Virus record (IMG/VR): IMGVR_UViG_3300032313_001035
DNA from: a virus
DNA: 64,000 nucleotides
Direction: 5' to 3' (one strand)
The position numbers were made by a program, and so were the translations under genes. Every line of letters starts with the position of its first letter. The stretch's first letter is position 1. The notes beneath the pieces were generated by a model, which was given only the letters and a program-made list of their open reading frames with translations, was not told the DNA's origin and made no database searches. Positions 60,122-64,000 of the stretch are shown piece by piece.

Positions 60122-60184
60122 TGCGTTTCAGTTTTTGATTCTATACAGTGATTTTCGACTGTGATAGAGGGTAAAAAGAGCGCA
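60122..60184 (+). ncRNA. long imperfect hairpin between tRNA-like genes
   Basis: TGCG...TCTAT-ACAGT/ACTGT-ATAGA...CGCA. Confidence 0.4.
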
Positions 60185-60195
60185 CAAAATAAAAT

Positions 60196-60283
60196 GGGGA
60201 TTTAACAGAATGACCTTCTAAGTCATGGCGTAATAATACTGTAATGGATTGCCATATGGGTTCGAGTCCCTTAATCCTCACCA
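60196..60283 (+). ncRNA. D-armless tRNA-Arg(TCT)-like RNA with long variable arm
   Basis: GGGGATT/AATCCTC plus ACCA; ATGAC-CTTCTAA-GTCAT; GGGTTCGAGTCCC. Confidence 0.65.
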
Positions 60284-61269
60284 TTTTCTTGCTTAGAATG
60301 AAGCATTTTCATTCTATATTTATTATCAGGACATTTAATATCCATTTTCTGACACCATTTTCTAATACTATTATCAGATACCCCAAACATTTCACCAAGT
60401 TTCGTTAGTGGATATTTTAAAACCAATGATTCTAATTTTTCTTTATTCGGTTTATCTTCTATAATTTCTCCATCTGGTGACAAAAATTTTCTAACATTTT
60501 TATTTTTTTCGAGTTCTCGGTGTTTAATGTTGCAACTTTTACATCTAGTCGAATACTTCTTAATATCGCACCCACAATCCAAACATTTTTTATCTACCTT
60601 TTCTTTCGGTGTATATTTGAAATAATCAAAATCAATTTTCTTATCACTACTCACTAAAACATTCCTGAAATCATTCCACTTATCAAATGAAAAACAAGCA
60701 GAATAATGTATCTCATAAACAATCCATCCATTAGCTTCTAATAAATCATGTCGTTCCTGATAGTATGGTTTGAGTGTCCCATCTTTCTCATAATGTTGAT
60801 TACCGTTGATTTCAATAGCTATCATCTTATCAGGTAATGCGATGTCGATAGAGAATGATCTTCCATCTATACTCGGCACATATTCTTCTACAAATTGAAT
60901 GTTCGAACTATTTAGAAACTCTTTAACTTTCTCACATGGTTTAGATTTGAATTTGTCTTTATTACGCCAAGGATGTTTATCGGGATTTTTACGAAGCCAT
61001 TCTTTTCTTTTTTGAGAAATTATCATTTTTGTTTCCTCTGCAACTTTAGGTCTAATAGAGTGTTTTTTGATTATCAATCCTAACTCCATCGCTTTTTTCA
61101 TCGTGGAATATGATATGTTTAATCGTTTCCTCAAAGAGCCTATCGTTTCCCCACTATCATGTCTATTTTGTATTTCATCCCAATTATACAGTTTGGAAAA
61201 ATTAAAATTATATTCGTTCCATCTTTTTTCATTCATTTGAATTGCAATTTTTTCAGAAATTGTTCTCAT
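60271..61269 (-). mobile_element. free-standing DUF559/Vsr-like PD-(D/E)xK endonuclease with Zn finger and HTH
   Basis: SIDIAL...IAIEINGNQHY...LEANGWIV; CLDC..CKSC; GVSDNSIRKW; minus-strand TAAATA at 61275. Confidence 0.8.
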
Positions 61270-61349
61270 GATAGTATTTAGTCAATGAGTTTAACTTTTC
61301 AATAAACAATTTTCAAGGTTCGAAATTAAAAACTACATCATCTTTCAAT

Positions 61350-61426
61350 CGTCCAGTAGCTCAGGTGGTAAGAGCGCGTGCCTTATAAGTGCGAGGTCAT
61401 GGGTTCAAAACCCATCTGGACAACCA
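61350..61426 (+). tRNA. tRNA with UAU anticodon (Ile) and C1-A72 mismatch
   Basis: CGTCCAG/CTGGACA-A-CCA, loop CTTATAA, GGTTCAAAACC. Confidence 0.85.
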
Positions 61427-61599
61427 CTTAAACGAATGACGCTTATAGCAATAATACTTACACTTTTTTCATTGGAAACTAGATCAATTATTTTACCACT
61501 TGCAACTATTGGAGCATGGATATACGTTTGGATGTATTAAAAACCACATTACAATAACTGCACCACGACAACAAAACAACTAACCAAACAAATACTATT

Positions 61600-62076
61600 A
61601 TGGGACTTGACATGTATCTTAAACGCACAAATCGCACCGACAATACAACCGAAGAATTGGAAGCGATTGACCACGAATTTATCACTCCAGAAAAAGCAGA
61701 AGCCGCGCCATTTCTGCCCCTCCGAGAGTATCAATACTCTAATGGATTTTACACCATCTTTCATGAGGTGGCATACTGGCGCAAATTCAACGCACTGCAC
61801 AACTGGTTTGTGGAACGTGTCCAAGGTGGCGTTGATGAATGCCAACTGTCAGAGATTGACGACGACACTCTGATTGCACTGATTGATGATCTTCGTGCTG
61901 TCAGCAAGGGAGAAGTCATTGAAGACTTAGAACCTGTGGGAGGTTTCTTCTTTGGTTCTACTGATAAGGATGAGTATTATCTTAAGCAAATCAATCATGC
62001 TCTGGATACTTTCGAGGAGATTTTGAAGACCTTTGACTTCAAGAAGTATCGTCTGTTTTACCGCGCATCGTGGTAA
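61600..62076 (+). CDS. conserved phage protein (MGLDMY family)
   Basis: MGLDMYL, YWRKFNALHNWF, GFFFGS, YRASW. Confidence 0.8.
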   Translation: MGLDMYLKRTNRTDNTTEELEAIDHEFITPEKAEAAPFLPLREYQYSNGFYTIFHEVAYWRKFNALHNWFVERVQGGVDECQLSEIDDDTLIALIDDLRAVSKGEVIEDLEPVGGFFFGSTDKDEYYLKQINHALDTFEEILKTFDFKKYRLFYRASW

Positions 62077-62177
62077 CAAACATAAATTTTTCGGTAACAT
62101 GGTAGTAAGTCCTCTCCCCTTGGTGGTGCTTGGGGAGAGGCAATCTTAAAAACCATAATAAAATCGACACATACAAT

Positions 62178-62360
62178 ATGAGACAATACACAAACCGATT
62201 GATTGAATTAGTAGAAGAAGGTGTTTTAGATGCTGAAGATGTGATGAAAGCATGTCTGAATTACATGTCTGAATCGGATGTTCAAGACCTTTGTGAGAGT
62301 GAAGGATACATCGAGGAAGAGGATGAAGACGACGAATACAGTATTCCTTGGGAAGAATAA
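62178..62360 (+). CDS. small acidic protein
   Basis: TNRLIELVEEG...CLNYMSESDV; follows a promoter copy. Confidence 0.6.
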   Translation: MRQYTNRLIELVEEGVLDAEDVMKACLNYMSESDVQDLCESEGYIEEEDEDDEYSIPWEE

Positions 62361-62383
62361 AAACCACATTACGATAGCACCAC

Positions 62384-62965
62384 ATGATCACTCCATCTAC
62401 CATCACCAACTTCAACCGCACCGAATTTGAACTTGAAGAGTTCCTTCTGTTCTCTATCATGGTCGCAGGTAAAAATGCCAATCAGACCGCTAAGAAACTC
62501 GATTCGTTTCTGTTTGTTACCATGGGTTTGATGTCTCCCCTGTCTTGGGTCGAGCATCTCCTCAAACTGGAGAATGATATCTCAACATCCAAACCTTTGA
62601 TGGTGTGCATGCAGAACCACAAATTGGGTCAGTATGGTAGACTCTACAAAGCATTCAAGGGTATCGCTCAATTCAAGGACAAACTGAAGGATGTTACCGT
62701 TCAAGAACTAGAAAACATTCACGGTATCGGAGCAAAGACCGCACGATTCTTTGTGCTTCATTCCCGCCCCAATCAAGAACTTGCTGTTCTCGATACTCAC
62801 ATTCTTCGTTGGCTGAGAGACCAAGGTGTCAAAGCTCCCAAAGCTACTCCCAATGGCAAGAAATACCAAGAATTGGAAAACATCTTTCTACAACTTGCTA
62901 AAGAAAAGGGTATCTCCCCTGCTGACTTGGACTTGCAGATTTGGAAAGAATACTCTAATCGTTAA
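62384..62965 (+). CDS. helix-hairpin-helix DNA glycosylase-like protein (Ogg-like)
   Basis: IHGIGAKTARFF, AVLDTHILRWL, YQELE, DLDLQIW. Confidence 0.8.
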   Translation: MITPSTITNFNRTEFELEEFLLFSIMVAGKNANQTAKKLDSFLFVTMGLMSPLSWVEHLLKLENDISTSKPLMVCMQNHKLGQYGRLYKAFKGIAQFKDKLKDVTVQELENIHGIGAKTARFFVLHSRPNQELAVLDTHILRWLRDQGVKAPKATPNGKKYQELENIFLQLAKEKGISPADLDLQIWKEYSNR

Positions 62966-62967
62966 TA

Positions 62968-63352
62968 CCTAATAAAAACCACATTAAAGTAATTGCGCTC
63001 CCTGCAACAATAACTAACTACCATAAACACACATGATTAACCAAATTGATACAAGCAACCCACGTCACGCCGCAGCATACACGCTTGCAGCAGGACATTT
63101 CCTCTCTGACCTTGGAGGCTACGAGGGTATGGAATTGGAAACCCTTCTCAACCTCGATGAAGACGATGCAACTCCAGAGCAGTTGGCGAAACGCAGTGAA
63201 ATCATTTTGTGGGGTGTCTTTGAAAGAGGATGCGACCGTATGGATGATCCATATCTTTATGTTGCTGACCTTATCGAGATGTTGGCACTTGATTTTCTCA
63301 ACTTCAACGCCTAATAAAAACCACATTAAAGTAATTGCGCTCCCTGCAACAA
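62968..63352 (+). repeat. 43-bp perfect direct repeats flanking ORF 63033..63314
   Basis: CCTAATAAAAACCACATTAAAGTAATTGCGCTCCCTGCAACAA at 62968 and 63310. Confidence 0.95.
63033..63314 (+). CDS. hypothetical protein
   Basis: ORF between promoter repeats. Confidence 0.65.
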   Translation: MINQIDTSNPRHAAAYTLAAGHFLSDLGGYEGMELETLLNLDEDDATPEQLAKRSEIILWGVFERGCDRMDDPYLYVADLIEMLALDFLNFNA

Positions 63353-63367
63353 CTAACTACTACTACT

Positions 63368-63568
63368 ATGACCTACAAAGTATTTAATGCCAACCTCGTC
63401 TTAGGCGAGAATCATGTTCAATCAAGCCTACGCACAATCTTAACTCCAAAAGAAGTTGATGTGATTGAGAGTCTGATGCTTGCCCTTTCTAATGCAGGTA
63501 TCGAGCTTCCCATCAAGGAAACACAAATTGCGCTGGAGACTTGTGCCGAAGCCTTGGGTAACAACTAA
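63368..63568 (+). CDS. hypothetical protein
   Basis: ATG after an (ACT)n leader. Confidence 0.55.
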   Translation: MTYKVFNANLVLGENHVQSSLRTILTPKEVDVIESLMLALSNAGIELPIKETQIALETCAEALGNN

Positions 63569-63600
63569 TCAACAAACAACCAACTACTACTACTACTACT

Positions 63601-63861
63601 ATGTTTATTGATTACAAAACAACTGTCTGGGAACGATTCGAAATTGAAGATGAACACGCGAACTTGCTACTTGAGTTCTTGAAAGAGAATCCAAAAGCAT
63701 TTGCGATGGACATTTGGAATTGGTATGCTGACAATGGGGGTGATCCTTATTCAGAGGAACTCGAAGGAACTTCTCAAGAAATGTCTGTTGAGGAAAACGG
63801 TGGCAGTTCTACCATCGAAATTCTTTTGAACGATAAGATTCTTTTCCAAAACGCTGAATAA
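63601..63861 (+). CDS. hypothetical acidic protein
   Basis: ATG after an (ACT)n leader. Confidence 0.65.
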   Translation: MFIDYKTTVWERFEIEDEHANLLLEFLKENPKAFAMDIWNWYADNGGDPYSEELEGTSQEMSVEENGGSSTIEILLNDKILFQNAE

Positions 63862-64000
63862 TCTTGACAAACACCAAACAATTCATTAACTTTCTCCCGC
63901 CTTCATAAACAACCAACTAACTACTACTATGCCAAACTGGTGCGAAAACAAACTGACTGTCGATAACGTAACTCCTGCATTTCAAGAATTTCTCAAAGAA

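Noticed and set aside
60196-60283. tmRNA
   Set aside because: Too short, no G3-U70 pair, no tag reading frame, and it has a true anticodon arm.
61310-61326. GGTTCGA as a duplicated tRNA remnant beside the endonuclease
   Set aside because: Only a 7-nt match without supporting stems; could be chance.
1-64000. Stop-codon reassignment
   Set aside because: Conserved genes are full length in code 11, TAA/TGA/TAG all terminate genes, and no suppressor tRNA was seen.

Overview
64 kb of an AT-rich, large T4-like (myovirus) phage genome in the standard genetic code. About 0.6-23 kb is a late morphogenesis block: neck gp14-like, large terminase, tail completion, sheath, tube, baseplate parts, tape-measure-like protein and a small terminase on the opposite strand. 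It is interleaved with a clamp loader, dTDP-rhamnose genes and probable internal head proteins, many behind TAAATA late promoters. About 23-64 kb is an accessory region with RNA repair genes (Pnk-like kinase, phosphoesterases, two RNA ligases, Pth2), a DNA methyltransferase, rIIA/rIIB, RlpA, gmd, a macrodomain, a RadA-like ATPase, DNA glycosylases, three free-standing endonucleases, canonical and non-canonical tRNAs and several structured ncRNAs. Most notable: (1) about 15 translationally coupled mini-genes built on a hypervariable 12-nt repeat (CTCAGTT-N5; x-x-S-V) surrounding a DUF6745-like gene and its partner, where the DUF6745-like protein lacks its usual internal repeat; (2) a coiled-coil gene followed by a 216-nt closed RNA with triple repeats; (3) a C1-A72 tRNA(UAU) together with a leaderless ORF that appears to start at AUA; (4) a promoter TAAAAAC-N5-TAnnnT in more than 20 copies driving leaderless mRNAs; (5) endonuclease insertions that duplicate their target. 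All family assignments come from motif recognition by eye; no searches were run.
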